64,000 nucleotides of DNA from Octopus vulgaris (lineage: Eukaryota): assembly GCA_951406725.2 (NCBI GenBank), contig OX597833.1:24118001-24182000 (forward strand), in the 5' to 3' direction. Each line of letters starts with the position of its first letter. Within the stretch, counting starts at the first letter, position 1. Shown here in pieces: positions 27,474-40,293 of the stretch. The notes under the pieces are model-generated. The model was given only the letters and a program-made list of their open reading frames with translations, was not told the origin of the DNA and ran no database searches. The translations under genes were made by a program, and so were the position numbers.

Positions 27474-27480
<7 letters not shown>
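26849..27480 (+). mobile_element. Small non-coding HHR retroelement, about 480-nt unit plus about 150-nt direct repeat, between (TA)n tracts
   Basis: TGTGAAATCACAGGTGATATAGAAC...CCCTCTATATAAT repeated at 26849-27000 and 27330-27481. Confidence 0.75.
27290..27354 (+). ncRNA. Type I hammerhead ribozyme (CCGAUGA core variant)
   Basis: GTTCTA/TAGAAC stem I, CCGATGA, stem II GCAT...GTGT with inner CGCAT/ATGCG, GAAA, TCAC-AG-GTGA stem III, AUA cleavage predicted after 27348. Confidence 0.8.
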
Positions 27481-27539
<59 letters not shown>

Positions 27540-27546
<7 letters not shown>

Positions 27547-28000
27547 CAGGGGTTGCACAGCAAGCGGAGAACTAACAAAAAACACAAAATACGGAAAACT
27601 AGACGATAACATAACAAACGGGAAACTGGACAAAAACAAGAAACACGGGACATTTGCAGCCGATTTCCTCCCCAGTCAATGTCCAGAATGTTCTAGTAGT
27701 TTTGCGCTTTTTAACATTGAGACTGCTCGATTCTGAGAGGCGCCAAAACATTAAGCTTCTGGGAAAAGCGAACCAATGTATACAAGAACAAGGAAGCTAA
27801 AATAAATGTGTATACAATATGTGATGAAATAATACAAGTGCAACAGAAAAATAATTATACATATACAACAGAAAAATGTCTTTCGGCTATACTACAAAAG
27901 GAAAATAATTATACATCCTTAACAGAGAGGATCTTTCGACTACTAGACGAATGCAGTAGGTTAGCGCCAAGGAGAAATGGAAAGTCTTGACAGACTGAGC
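27540..28000 (-). mobile_element. Probable PLE-related terminal fragment beside (TA)n
   Basis: Similar to the short fragment at 45550-45630; only a degenerate HHR-like motif. Confidence 0.35.
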
Positions 28001-28989
28001 AGGAGAACAGACAAATGTGACCAGCTTAGACGGCGGCTGGTTGAAAAAGAACTGGCTAGGAAAGGAAGAGTTGTAGAGGGCAGATATATAAAGGTAATAA
28101 ATAGGAAGAATCATTAAAAAGTCTGTCAGAGTGTCTTGCAGTATTCGTTTCGACTCCCTTGCGCTCCGATTTCTAATCCGGTGGAGGTAAAAATTGGCCT
28201 TTCGTCCTTTAAAATTCAATAAATAGAGCAGCGGTCCAGTACTGGGATTGATATTTCTTTTCTCGCTCCCCGCCGCCGACTGTCTCCTTTGGAAGAAATC
28301 GGCAATGTTCAAAGCTGGAAAGAGATTGACTCCGTCAGGTTTATACTGCTTAAGTACGCGTTATGTTACGACGGTACAGCTTCAACTCAATGCAGAGTGC
28401 CATGCCCAATAATATTACTTGCTTTTACGAAAGTGATAGTTGCTGGTTTCTTGGAAATAGCTGTGAGAAATTAATCATTCACATATCTTTCTGAAATGGT
28501 GGAAGCGAAGGAATGTACGTTATTTGAGTTTGGGAAGAAAAGGAAAGAAAGAGAGAAAAGAAACAGAAAGCGGGAAGGAAAGAAAAAGGGGAGAGAGACT
28601 AAAAAGGAGAAATAGGGAAAGAGGAATGGAAGTAAAAAAGAAGAGAAAAAGATGAAACGAAGTAAGAGTGGGAGAAATAAATAAATAAAGAAAAAGAAAA
28701 TGAAATTGAGAAAGAAACAAAGAGAAAAAGTTAAAGAAAGAAAGACAGACAGAAGGAAAGAAAAATTGATAAACAGATTGATCGCTAGATAGATGATAAT
28801 TAGTATTTTTTTTTAACCGGAACTTATTATGAAAAGAATTAAAACACAAAACTAACGTACCAATAAATTTTGGAGAAATATTTAAGAATCTTGATTAATA
28901 TTTCTGTTTAGTTTTGTATTAATTTACTTCTATTAAAATAAGAAAGTTCATCCTTTGAACAATGATAACATGGTAACGTTCTCCAATGA

Positions 28990-29105
28990 CCAGTAACTCT
29001 GGTATCAACATTTTCGGACCGCTTTGCATTAAAACACCTAAATAACATTTTATCCAGTCTTGGATATTTTGATGTTTTAACAGGTGGTGCCATTAAGTTA
29101 GACAT
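28990..29105 (-). mobile_element. Tigger/pogo (CENP-B-type HTH) transposase remnant
   Basis: SKYPRLDKMLFRCFNAKRSENV resembles the CENP-B HTH motif KYP.LD..L..WF...RS. Confidence 0.45.
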
Positions 29106-30370
29106 GGCCTAGGCTTATACTGGCCGAAACCTATCAAACTTATGTTTGCCACACACCGCAACATCAACTGGTCTCTGGACAAGCAATTAAGTGCACCATG
29201 TTTCTTAATGTCATACATAAACTGTTGAAGAACTGTTATATTCTCTCATAACAGCTTTTCACTTCCAGCTTTCGTAGCTCTGTTCTAAAGTTAGGGGGTG
29301 TGAGCACATAAAAAAAGGGCGCAGTGATACATACTAAACAATTTTTAACTCATTACTTTATATTTCGCGAAATATTTCATTAGTTATAATATATGTAACT
29401 ATTTCACATTCATTAATTTTGTTTCATTAGCAATGTCTTTATGTATGAAACTTACAACTACTAATTGTGATTTGAAAAAGATGAAACTCCACAGGGTCGT
29501 CTAGTGTTGAGAGGTTATAATGTCAGGATTTGTTTTGGTACTTCAGATGTCAGCGGCTGCCAACACATCACAGGAGATTGAACAGACAGTTCGAAAACAC
29601 AAGTTGATAAAAAATAAAGTAATGACTCCAGAAAGTCTTTCCAAGGCCATGAGATGAACAAAGAAAAAAAATTCCACGTTTATTGCACAAGTGAACTGAA
29701 TGAGTTAAAAAAATTATTAAAAAGACGCCTATTTTGAACAGTGTGCTTTGGTGGGTGAGATCCCCTTGCTCTCCTATTAGCTACGCCACTGTTTACTTCT
29801 TACCAACATTGTATAATTTCAAATTCCAGTTGTAATGAGAGAGTTACATGTTTTTTTTCTTCTTTTTTTCGCACCATTTCCACACTGGTTACTCATATTA
29901 ATATCAGAAGAGATTTTCATCGATGGATGCACAGTATATAAGGAAAGGTATATACTAAACACTTAGGTGCTGGTCACTGTTATCTTCAACTTGTATGTTA
30001 ACTATAACAGAAAATTGTAACAAAAGTTTGGTTGACAAGAACAAAAGTCTGTGTAAAGTTTACAAAACAATCATTTCGTATGTGTTCGTGAAAGACGTGT
30101 GTGTCAGCCAAGATAGTTGACTGCAGTAATTACATTCTGTAGCCGAAGCTGAGCAGCGTAACTTCCTGCAGTCATTGGTCTTGGCTGTCTTGTAATCACT
30201 GCTCAGTTATTAAATAAACCCCCTATATACAGCCGATAAGTCCATTAAAGAAAAGACGCTAAAGACAAAATCGTTAATGAGATTTCAATACTTTGTCTTA
30301 AAATGATTGTTTACAACTGGGACTCTAATGAGTTAAGCACATGCTGGCTCTACTATATTTTCGCCGGTTA

Positions 30371-31205
30371 AGGCGGCGAGCTGGCAGAAACGTTAGCACG
30401 CCGGGCGAAATGCGTAGCCGTATTCTCACGCTATTGTTCAGTGTCCGGGGATAACTGAAATGTGGGCTTATGCTGAACATCTGATGTCCAGCGAAGGAAG
30501 AGTACAGCTGTCGACTGAGTCAATTATAAAAATTGACCCACCGGGAGTTCTAACGAACGAAGGTAAGAATTGTTTTCTCACGGTTGTAGCAATAGCAAAA
30601 GAGGCAGTATGGAAGACAAGGATAAAAGGAATTAAGACAGGCAACTTTATCTCTGGTCACAATTTACGATCCTTTTTTTCCTTTTCATTTGAAAAGGAAA
30701 CTGTGGCTGGAGAAGAGGTGTCTGTCGGAGTGTACGTTCCAAAAGAGATGGAAGTATGTTGCACGAGTGTTGTGCGTGCAAGGAACCGTGTGAATAGACG
30801 AGAAATAAAAAGGTATCAGCGGTAGATCGGGGCTTGTGAGATCGGAGCGTAACTTGATCATCGCTTCATTTGTATTGTTTTTGTACTGTGTATTCCATTC
30901 GATTTTTATGTATTGTATTTTATTTTTGAAGTCACATTTATGTAAAATCATATCGATTCACTGATCCCATCAGTTGTACTGTCCATATCTATGTTTGGCC
31001 CCCGGTGGGCAATAAAGAAATTCGTATTTCGTCTGCCGTTACGTTCTGAGTTCAAATTCCGCCGAGGTTGACTTTGCCTTTCATCCTTTCGGGGTCGATA
31101 AATTAAGTACCAGTTACGCACTGGGGTCGATGTAATCGACTTAATCCGTTTGTCTGTCCTTGTTTGTCCCCTCTGTGTGTAGCCCCTTGTGGGTAGTAAA
31201 GAAAT
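30371..31205 (+). mobile_element. SINE family B interrupted by a LINE insertion
   Basis: Head 30371-30424 resumes at 31023 (CGTATTTCGTCTGCCG). Confidence 0.85.
30425..31022 (+). mobile_element. 5'-truncated Tx1/L1-like LINE 3' end
   Basis: HAIVQCPGITEMWAYAE...AKEAVWKTR (C-terminal zinc-knuckle region), 3' end GGCCCCCGGTGGGCAATAAAGAAAT, TSD CGTATT. Confidence 0.75.
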
Positions 31206-31571
31206 ATATTTTTTCGCCGGTCAGCCCACGGAGATAAGAATGGCTAGCTATTTGCTGACGTAATAAATCTCCCCAAAATCCTGTTTAATATATTTATTAT
31301 TTTTTACATCTGAACACAGTGATTCAGGTTCGGTTCCTAGGAGCTTGTGTTTGGGACTCTGCTAATATTCCTGCTACAAATATTAATAGCATAAAATGTA
31401 CAACTTTGCAATTAATAGTACCTTGCTATATGAAGTATATACATAATATAGCTAATAATAATAGTGCTGAGTCACTAATAGTCGTCTAACATTTACAACT
31501 TTACGAATCTGTCTATATCTGCTATTACTAAAGTATTAGTTTTTCTCGATTGTTCATTACAGACAACTATA

Positions 31572-32050
31572 CAGTAATCCCTCGACTATCGCGGATGTTA
31601 CATTCCAAACCCCTCCCCCGCGATAGGTGAAAATCCGCGAAGTAGAAACAATACTGTACTGCATATTATTTTTAAATTATTTTTATAATTTGTATTTATT
31701 TATTTTATTATAAATGCAAGACAACACAACACATTCGCCTCTCGAGTTTCGTTTTCTGTATAGTATGTATGTGCGATTCTTTGTTTACTCATCTACGGTA
31801 CGCTGCGTATTTTCTTTTAAAATATTTTAATTAATGTGTTATACAGTGCAGTACTGTACTGTATTTTTTTTTAGCAATTTTTAGGAGTGAAATTACGTAT
31901 AATAGCCACAGAAGTAATTAAAATCTAAAAAAATATAAACACCCATCGGCTGCAGAAACCCGCAATAAACTGAGAGGTTTGCGATATAAATTTACATATA
32001 ATAGCTAGAAAAATTTGCGATGTGCTGAGAGCGCGATAAGTGAACCGTGA
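31572..32050. mobile_element. Tigger/pogo-type MITE; partial second copy at 35711-35835
   Basis: TA-CAGTAATCCCTCGACTATCGCG end; 31907-32030 duplicated at 35711-35835. Confidence 0.6.
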
Positions 32051-32293
32051 GTCACTTTAAAAAAAACTTCGATTCAAAAACACCGTTTACAAACTCTATG
32101 CTTGGAATGACCAATTTTAGATACTATTGGAACTTACAAGGTACAGGAATCTTATACGTATACCATTCTGCCTAAATAATGGAACTGAAGATACGATATT
32201 CCTGCAAATCTCACGTCTATTTTCATTCCCCCACTTCACTCTCTATTTCATATCTTATCTAGAATAACTATTGCTTAGCTATTTTCTCACACC

Positions 32294-32341
32294 GTCTCCG
32301 ATGAAGGGATATATAAAATATTCCGGAAACAGCTGTAAGGC
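32294..32341 (+). ncRNA. Minimal type I hammerhead ribozyme (CCGAUGA variant) near the 3' end of a (TA)n-inserted element
   Basis: GTCT/AGGC stem I, CCGATGA, GGGATAT/ATATTCC stem II, GAAA, palindrome CAGCTG, GUA cleavage; (TA)n starts about 60 nt downstream. Confidence 0.75.
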
Positions 32342-32397
32342 CTTCTATTTATAAATGCTCTGAAATCTTTACAGCCTTGGACTTCTATCACATTCTG

Positions 32398-32464
<67 letters not shown>

Positions 32465-32833
32465 GTCTATTGTCAGCAACAGTGAGACAACGTCCCACAA
32501 CCCTCACTAGCTCTAATACCGTTCTCTTACAACATCATTCTAGCTCTCTCTCTGCAATTACTACTAAACAATGCAGAGAACACAAACACAAACTTTACTT
32601 CGTATGCTTTTGGATTTATCATAACCTGCCCGTTGAGGCAAGGTATTGTAACGTAACGGTAAATAAATATTTCCTTAAAACTTCATGCATTGTTTATCTT
32701 TCACATCCTACAACTTGCCGTTATAACAAATTTTTATCGTTATATCTGCTTACTCCGACATTTCATATTATTGTGTACCTAATCAATCTTACCCGTTATA
32801 GCTGGTAACTACACTAATTAAAATCTAACCATT

Positions 32834-32863
<30 letters not shown>

Positions 32864-32866
<3 letters not shown>

Positions 32867-33532
32867 GAATGGTTGTATACTGTCAATCTAACAAGAACGT
32901 GACAGTAGGGGGTACACCACCGCTGTATAGCCCTAGGAAGCATCGAACGCCTCCTGATGGCTTTGACACATTTTCCCCTGTGTCCTTATATACATATACG
33001 AAGGGAGACAAACACCCCCGGCTGCCGAAGCTGCATCTAGGGACACGTGTTTCAGGATCGTTGTCCTTCATCGGCCTAGAGTAGCAGACACCGGTCAGCT
33101 GGTGATATTTGTCTCGACTTCGTAATTGTATATATCTATAACTCAGTGAAGTCTATTCACTGATTATCAAAATAAGAAATATTGAATTCCTAAATCTCTC
33201 GTAGAGACATGTACGGTGGTGGGGCGATAGAATGGTTGTATACTGTCAATCTAACAAGAACGTGACCGTAGGGGGTACACCACCGCTGTATAGCCTAGGA
33301 AGCATCGAACGCCTCCTGATGGCTTTGACACATTCCCCCCCCCCAAGTATATGTATATAAGGACACTGGGAAAAATGTGTCAAAGCCATCAGGAGGCGTT
33401 CGATGCTTCCTAGGGCTATACAGCGGTGGTGTACCCCCTACAGTCACGTTCTTGTTAGATTGACAGTATACAACCATTCTATCGCCCCACCACCGTACAA
33501 GTCTCTACGAGAGATTTAGAAATTCAATATTT

Positions 33533-33537
<5 letters not shown>
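32864..33537 (-). mobile_element. Small non-coding HHR retroelement: 363-nt unit plus about 110-nt tandem extension plus about 190-nt inverted copy, between microsatellites
   Basis: ATAGAATGGTTGTATACTG at 32864 and 33227; reverse complement at 33347-33537. Confidence 0.8.
33018..33094 (-). ncRNA. Type I hammerhead ribozyme (CCGAUGA variant)
   Basis: Minus strand TCTAGG CCGATGA AGGA CAACGA TCCT GAAA CACGTG TC CCTAGA (33080-33036); stem I extends further to CCGG/CCGG. Confidence 0.9.
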
Positions 33538-33591
<54 letters not shown>

Positions 33592-33712
33592 TATTACAGA
33601 TACAGGGTAAAGAATTATTAATTTAATAATTAATAAATTTTACCAAGTAGTTTCGGTATGGAAAGAGAACCATTATCGGTAGAAGCTTTTACAAAAAGTT
33701 TTTTTATATATA

Positions 33713-35367
33713 TCTCTTATTATAAAAGGCAGATTTTATCTGCCTCCCTTTGTAACTTATAGAAATCTACAATATAGGATTTCTTCAATTACAATTTACC
33801 TAGCATTTTTAAGAGTAGAATGCATCGGGTCATGCCAGGTCCAGTTTTTAAAATTTAAACTCCAATTAAGCAAAATTTACAGAAAACTCACATTCTGGTG
33901 TGTATGTCAAATGCTTTTCTTAATGTGGTTTACACCACACGCACACACACAGTGTGCAACGAATAAAATGAAAGTAAATAGCGACAGAGTGATTTGAGGA
34001 AGACTAAACTGAAAGTATTTAAACCACTACTCAAAAAATAAAAAAACACAGCAAACAGAAACAAATAAATACATAACGATTTACTCCTCACACAATTTCT
34101 TCAATTAGAGTTTACCTAAGATTTTTCAAAGTACTCCATTCGGTCATGCCATAATATATTTCTTTCAATTTCACCCCCAATTAAGACAAAATTCGAGAAA
34201 ACTCAATATTTTAACATTTCACTCCGAAAGCATTGATGTACATGTGTGCGTGCGTGAGTGTGTGTGTGTGTGTGTGTGTGTGTTTGATGGGTTGTGCGAC
34301 ACAGAAAGTGTGGTGTGTAAGTGAAGTGCTTTTGTTAGTGTGTGTAAAGAGACAGACAGAGTGAAAGACAGAAATAACTTTTTTTATTCACTTTTTGTAG
34401 TGAGTGACTGAGAGAGAAAAGAGAGAGAGAGAGGTTATGTATGTATATATGTATGTATGGCTTCAGTGACACACACACACAAAAACACATACCTACGTAC
34501 ACCTAAAGCACGCACACACACACACACAAGCGGAGCGCGAACTTCAAAATTTTGGTAGTATTAATTTGCGAGCGTACTTCTAAGCGCGCGTAATTGAAAG
34601 TTTTCACTATGATATCATCACGTGCGAAAAAATTCGAAGGGTTTTGAACAATTGAGATACAGATGTCACGCCTGTATTGAAACCATTGCTAAGCTGCCGT
34701 AATTGCTTAATTAAGACTTTGTTTAAATTGAAAGGGGCAAATATGTGACGAGGTTGAAAAAAAATACCCCAGAAAAAATGTACTGCTGGTATTTATATAA
34801 TTCACTACTATTTTGCTACAATGTCATGAAAAAGAAAAAATTTAGGTATGTAAATCGAATTCGCCACCCCCTTTTCCCCGTTCGCGTTTGTGTAAAAAAA
34901 ATTATTATTTAAGTTTTAAAAATTATTTACTTTGTTCAAAAAATATTAATATTAATTAATTTTCAAGAATTATTTAATTTTATTCTGTAAAATAGTAATT
35001 AATTCATTTATCTGTAAATCCGCGAGGTTGTTACTCAGGCACCTAGAATGGTAACCTTCAACTAACACTATCTCCTCCGAGACCCTGCGGCGCAAGTTGA
35101 CCAAAATTGAGAGTATGGTAGAAGAAGGGTTGCTCTTCCTTCCGTAGAACATAAAATTCAAATCGGACCATGTTAACACCAAAAATTATTTACATCAAAA
35201 AGATGCTTTTTTCTATGAAAATCCCTATTTTTTACGATTTTTTCACTGCTGTGTCGCCACTTTTCGGTGTATTTCGACCAGAAAAATGTTCACAAAATTT
35301 TTACTTTTCAAAATTACAATTCCAGCGGGTCGAAACAAACCCGAGCAACGCCGGGCGATACTGCTAG
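33713..35367 (+). mobile_element. Non-autonomous Helitron
   Basis: A|TC 5' end, subterminal hairpin CCCGAGCAACGCCGGG, 3' CTAG|T; splits a host repeat (33600-33712 / 35368-35645) related to 54296-55308. Confidence 0.85.
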
Positions 35368-35644
35368 TAATTAAATATAATTAAAGGTTAAGCAACAAGT
35401 TGCTTCACCACATACCGATAATTTAGAAATAGCACCCAAAAGACAGCTCATTCCTTTTTACTACAGATATGACTCCACAGATAACAATATTTGAACTCAC
35501 ATAGGCAAAAAGAAGAAAAAATAACAAAGTCAAACAGTCTTCGACTAAAAACGCGTCCATAATTAATCGAAGACTGTTTGATTTCGGTATTTTTTCTTCT
35601 TTTTGCCTATGTGAGTTACAAATATTGTTACCTGTGAAGTCATA

Positions 35645-35701
<57 letters not shown>

Positions 35702-35839
35702 TAGATATACCACAGAGGTAATTAAAATCTAAAAAAATATAAATATCTATCGGCCGCAGAACCCCCCGATATACTGAGGGCTTCGCGATATAAATTTACG
35801 TATAATAGCCAGAAAAATTTGCGATGTACTGAGAATAAG

Positions 35840-36145
35840 TTAGATAATACTGGTTTATGGGATTACTCTGGGTTTCACGTCCATAAAGCGCTTAACTTTG
35901 CGGTGTATCACCAGATCCCAAACCTGTTGGTTTATGAACCCTCAAGCATTTCAGGAAATTCCTGCTGGCCTATTGGAACCCACATGATTACAGAGTCACT
36001 TATGATCGATAGTCAAAAGGAGACAACCCCCTGTTGTTAACATTGAGTAGTGAGGTCCTTTCCTCCTGCATACGCCGTAAAGCTAAGCGCTTTATGGACG
36101 TGAAACACAGGGTAATCTCATAAACCGGTCTTATCTATCTTTATC
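35840..36145 (+). mobile_element. Severely 5'-truncated PLE: endonuclease C-terminus plus pLTR, with an inverted pLTR copy
   Basis: KHFRKFLLAYWNPHD matches LHFRKFQLALWNPQD of the PLE at about 41860-41905; inverted ends 35840-35925 / 36070-36145. Confidence 0.75.
35859..35919 (-). ncRNA. Hammerhead ribozyme of the PLE pLTR (A6G-mutated copy)
   Basis: GGGAT CTGGTGA [long stem II] GAAA CCCAGAG TA ATCCC. Confidence 0.6.
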
Positions 36146-36239
36146 TATATAATATAGTGCTCTATAACTTAAAGTGTGTTCCTTTTTCGGACTTCTGTTT
36201 TACTGGCGATGTGTGTGTGTGTGTGCGTGTGAGTGTGTA

Positions 36240-37139
36240 TGAGGTGGTATCAAAAAGTTCCCAGACTAGTTCTGTAGCGCGCCAACTGATGGCAGCACAC
36301 GATTGCGTGCGCAGTGAGAGCTAGCAGTGACCTTCATGAAGCAGTGAGTCGAGTAACATGACTGTCTTCTCTTCACAAGTTGTGAAATTTCTGTTTTAGT
36401 GATCACGTGTATTCAGTAGTCTGCGATTTTATCACAGACAGGAACAAAGAGCCAACACGTGAAATTTTGCGTTAAATTTGTGAAGTCTGCTGCAGAGACA
36501 ATCAGCATGCTTCGGCAAACTTACGGTGACGAGGCAATGGGCCGTACGCAATGTTTCGAGTGACACTGGCGCTTCAAAAGCGCAAGAATGTCCCTGAAAG
36601 ACGATGAGCCTTCTGGAAGACCTGTCACGTGCGTTACCACCGAGAATGTGATATGCATCGAGAATTCGTCGCCCATGGCCAGACTTAGTGGAAAGTTCTA
36701 CTGAGACGTTTAGAAGCGTTTGAGAGAGAACATTCGACAAATGGGACCGGATCTGTGGAGCGCAAAGAATTGGATTGTTCACGACGACAATGCACTCTGT
36801 CACCGAGCTCTCCTCACTTGTGAGTTTCTCGCCCAAAATAACAAGGTATCGCCTCCTCACCCGCTCTATTCACCAGATCTGTAGATTTCTATCTCTTCCC
36901 CAAGATGAAAATGCAACTCAAAGGTCGCCGTTTTAACTCCGTTGTCGAGATCCAGAGCGAATCACAGAAGGTCTTCGACTCACTTACGGGAAACGACTTC
37001 CCGGCCGGATTCCAAAGGAAGCAGGAACGCTGGAACCGGTGTAGTGCTGCGCAAGGTAGCTACTTCAAAGGGAAACTAAGGTAAATAAGTTATTTTTCTT
37101 TTAACATAACTACACCTGGAACATTTTGATACCACCTTG
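36240..37139 (+). mobile_element. Internally deleted mariner transposon
   Basis: TIRs GAGGTGGTATCAAAAAGTTCC / GGAACATTTTGATACCACCTTG, TA flanks; EQRAN, DDEPSGRP, HDDNALCH, HPLYSPDL remnants. Confidence 0.9.
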
Positions 37140-37143
37140 TATG

Positions 37144-37187
<44 letters not shown>

Positions 37188-37292
37188 AGGTGGAATCAAA
37201 ATGTTCTAGATATAGTTATGTTAAAACGATATATATATATATATATATGTACAAGGTGGTATCAAAATGTTCCAGGTGTAGTTATGTTAAAA

Positions 37293-37369
<77 letters not shown>

Positions 37370-37370
<1 letters not shown>

Positions 37371-37605
37371 ATTATTGGTGATATATGAACGCAATTGAAC
37401 AGAAATCGTTTTATATACACGTGTTCGAAAGCACAAATTACAAATATATATATTTGCTTTCTCTTCAGGAAGAAAATAGAAATTTTCTATATACATATGG
37501 TCCCATATCATCGGATTTATATTTGTGCCTTGAACACGTGTAGAATGAAATAAAACGATTTCTGTTCAATCTGCGTTCACTCCATTTCTTCAATTCACCA
37601 ATAAT
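37370..37605. repeat. Inverted-repeat element with a degenerate HHR between (TA)n tracts
   Basis: Arms GAACGCAATTGAACAGAAATCGTTTTAT / ATAAAACGATTTCTGTTCAATCTGCGTTC; minus strand CTGAAGA-GAAAGC...GCTTTC-GAA-CACGTG-TA at 37416-37477. Confidence 0.6.
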
Positions 37606-37757
37606 GTTCTAATTTCAATTATCCGCACCAACGCACGGTTGCAACACCATATGGTTGTACCTCCAACCGTGCTGTTTTACTGCTGTGATTTTTGCTACTA
37701 AGGTATCGGTTAAACTTTGATTAATCTACTACAAGATTATTCATCTTTCTATTTCAC

Positions 37758-37800
<43 letters not shown>

Positions 37801-38275
37801 GTCCCTCCCCCCACACATGTATGTATTTATGCATGTATGTGCGATAGAAAATGAATAAGTTAATAGAATCACAATGCTAATTGTAAACTAATAGTATTCT
37901 TTTTCATTAACGCGTAACTTATATTCCTATTCGTTTATTGTTTTTCTTTTTCACAAAAAATGGTATTACAATTTATCTATACTATTTTGATGGTTGGACC
38001 AGCTGTTTTCTCAACAATTGTCCTCTGTGCTAACATTTATTTAAATAGTATATTACCTTTGTTACTACAGCTGTCACTCTTGCTGAACCAATCGATATTA
38101 CAGTGTATCTATATGATATGATATGTATATATATAAATATGGATGCATTCATATATGCATAACAAAAGAATCAACAAACTGTTGTTTTGAATAAATGGAT
38201 ATACGAAATTTACTTACTAAACATTTATTTTAGTTTCACTGGAAACATATACTGTGAATAGACCAGAGAATATTC

Positions 38276-38329
<54 letters not shown>

Positions 38330-38333
<4 letters not shown>

Positions 38334-39567
38334 GTCAGCCAATAAATAATACGATTTTTTAATACTCCTTGCATTTTTCCTAGATAAAATTATTTTTCAA
38401 TCTAAAATATACTCTCCTTCATTTTCTACAATGCTCTTCCATCTATCTGGTAGACTTGCAAAATCCCTCCTCCAAAATTCACTTGTTCGTGACGAAAAAT
38501 ACTCCTTCAGTTTTGTTCTGACCTCGTCTACAGAATTCATATTTTTTTCGTCCAAATGATTTTGAAGACTGCAGAATAAATAATAATCAGATGGGGCAAT
38601 ATCCGGCGTATATGATGGATGGGGCATCGTTTCCTATTCAAACTACTCCAGACTTTGGAATGTCACCCTCACTGTATGTGGCCGAGCATTATCCTGATGG
38701 CAGTATACCTTTCGTCTTGAAACCAAAGATGGTCATTTTCCATTTAGGGCTGATTTAAGTCGTGCAAGCTGCTTGCTGTTGATCTCCTTTGCGTTTAAAA
38801 GTTCAAAGTGGACTAAACCTTTCATATCCCACCAAAGAGATAACAACACCTTACGTGGGTGAAGACCTACTTCAGCTTGGGGTACCGGTGTTTCTCCTTT
38901 TTCTACCCACTGTCTTCGGCACTTGACAATTTTATAGAGAACCCATTTCTCGTCGCCAGTCACTATTCAGTCTAAAAAAGGTTCATTCGTGAGATGTGGC
39001 AGCATAGAAGAGCATACATTCACTCTCTGCGCGCGATTAGCCTAGGAAAGTTTGTGAGGAACCCATTGACCCAATTTGCTGACTTTTCCGATGATGCGCA
39101 GGTGTCAATGAATGGTTAAATGACCAAATCCAAGCATCAGTTACGATGATATTTTGTTCCTCCAGGGTTTGCAGGACGTCCTTGTCGAACACTGCAAATC
39201 TTCCAGGACGCGGCTCACTTTCTAGGCTGTAGTTTCCGGCTCAGAATTTCTGAAACCACTGTTGACACTAGCCTACGCTTACTGTCCGACGTCCATATAC
39301 TGCATTAATAGTCATCGCACTTTCCGTTGCGTTGTCGCCTTTGTTGAACTCATAAAGTATGCCGAATATGACCCTTTGTCACTTCCATTATAGCTTTGAA
39401 AATATGTTAAAATCGAACTGCATTCTTCAAAACTTGCATAAAGAATAAATACAAGGTAAAATTACTAGCTGCTTTTATAGCAAGTTGATGCAGGCAGTTT
39501 ATCCCGTGCCCATCCGACTTTTAGTTCATGTAATTGAAAAAAGCGCACTATTTATGGGATGACCCAA
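38330..39567 (-). mobile_element. Near full-length mariner (Mos1-like) transposon, pseudogenised
   Basis: TIRs TTGGGTCAGCCAATAAATA / TATTTATGGGATGACCCAA; TGDEKWV, HQDNARPH, HPSYTPDIAPSDYYLF motifs with stops and frameshifts. Confidence 0.92.
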
Positions 39568-39572
39568 TATAA

Positions 39573-39608
<36 letters not shown>

Positions 39609-39842
39609 CTGCTTGTTTCTTTCAAAAGAATCTTAAAGTTTTCCTTCACTCTTGTACGACTTAAGGCCACACAAAGCTGGCCGTGACTAAATACGGGATA
39701 GAACATGTATGGTAAATCAGATTAATACACTTCGCATACTTCCCTTGTACACACACACACATACACACATATACTCACACAGAGTTGAAAAGCTGTTTGA
39801 TTTTTCTTTTCAGAGTTGAATGTTTACTATCCCACTTCCATT

Positions 39843-39898
<56 letters not shown>

Positions 39899-40248
39899 AC
39901 ACACACACTTCCTTTTTACATACACACACATATACTCACACAGAATTGAAACGCTGTTTGACTTTTTCACCGTAGAATTTCCATCATCCCACTACCAAGT
40001 TTGCCATCATCCCTTCTTTTCTCATTCATATGTTGTCATGGAGAAAAACACAAGAGTATTATTATAGTGTCCGCGTGTGTGTGTATACACACACACACAC
40101 ACACAAAGTAAAATCTCTATTTGCAAACGTAAAGTAGAAGTCTTGATTGGGACGATGTTACTAACTTTTTTAACTTCGGGAAAACAATTTCCAGCTTGCT
40201 ACCGACGCCCAAGTGCATCCTTATACCTCGAACGAAGCCTTAACAGTA

Positions 40249-40293
40249 CCTGCAGACAATGGTTTCTAGGTTATTTCTCTTCATCGGCACAGG
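40249..40293 (-). ncRNA. Type I hammerhead ribozyme (CCGAUGA variant), copy 1
   Basis: CCTGTG CCGATGA ... GAAA CCATTG TC TGCAGG; weak stem II. Confidence 0.65.

Noticed and set aside
27640-27700. CTGGGGA...CAAA motif in a probable PLE-related end
   Set aside because: Too many core mutations to call a ribozyme
32864-33537. CRISPR-like or LTR interpretation of the direct repeats
   Set aside because: Eukaryotic context, no repeat-spacer array, no TG...CA ends or PBS; the HHR tandem unit explains it
33630-33690. CCGATAA...CCGAAAC hammerhead-like motif on the minus strand
   Set aside because: G8 is missing and stem I does not pair in HHR register; better explained as a simple hairpin
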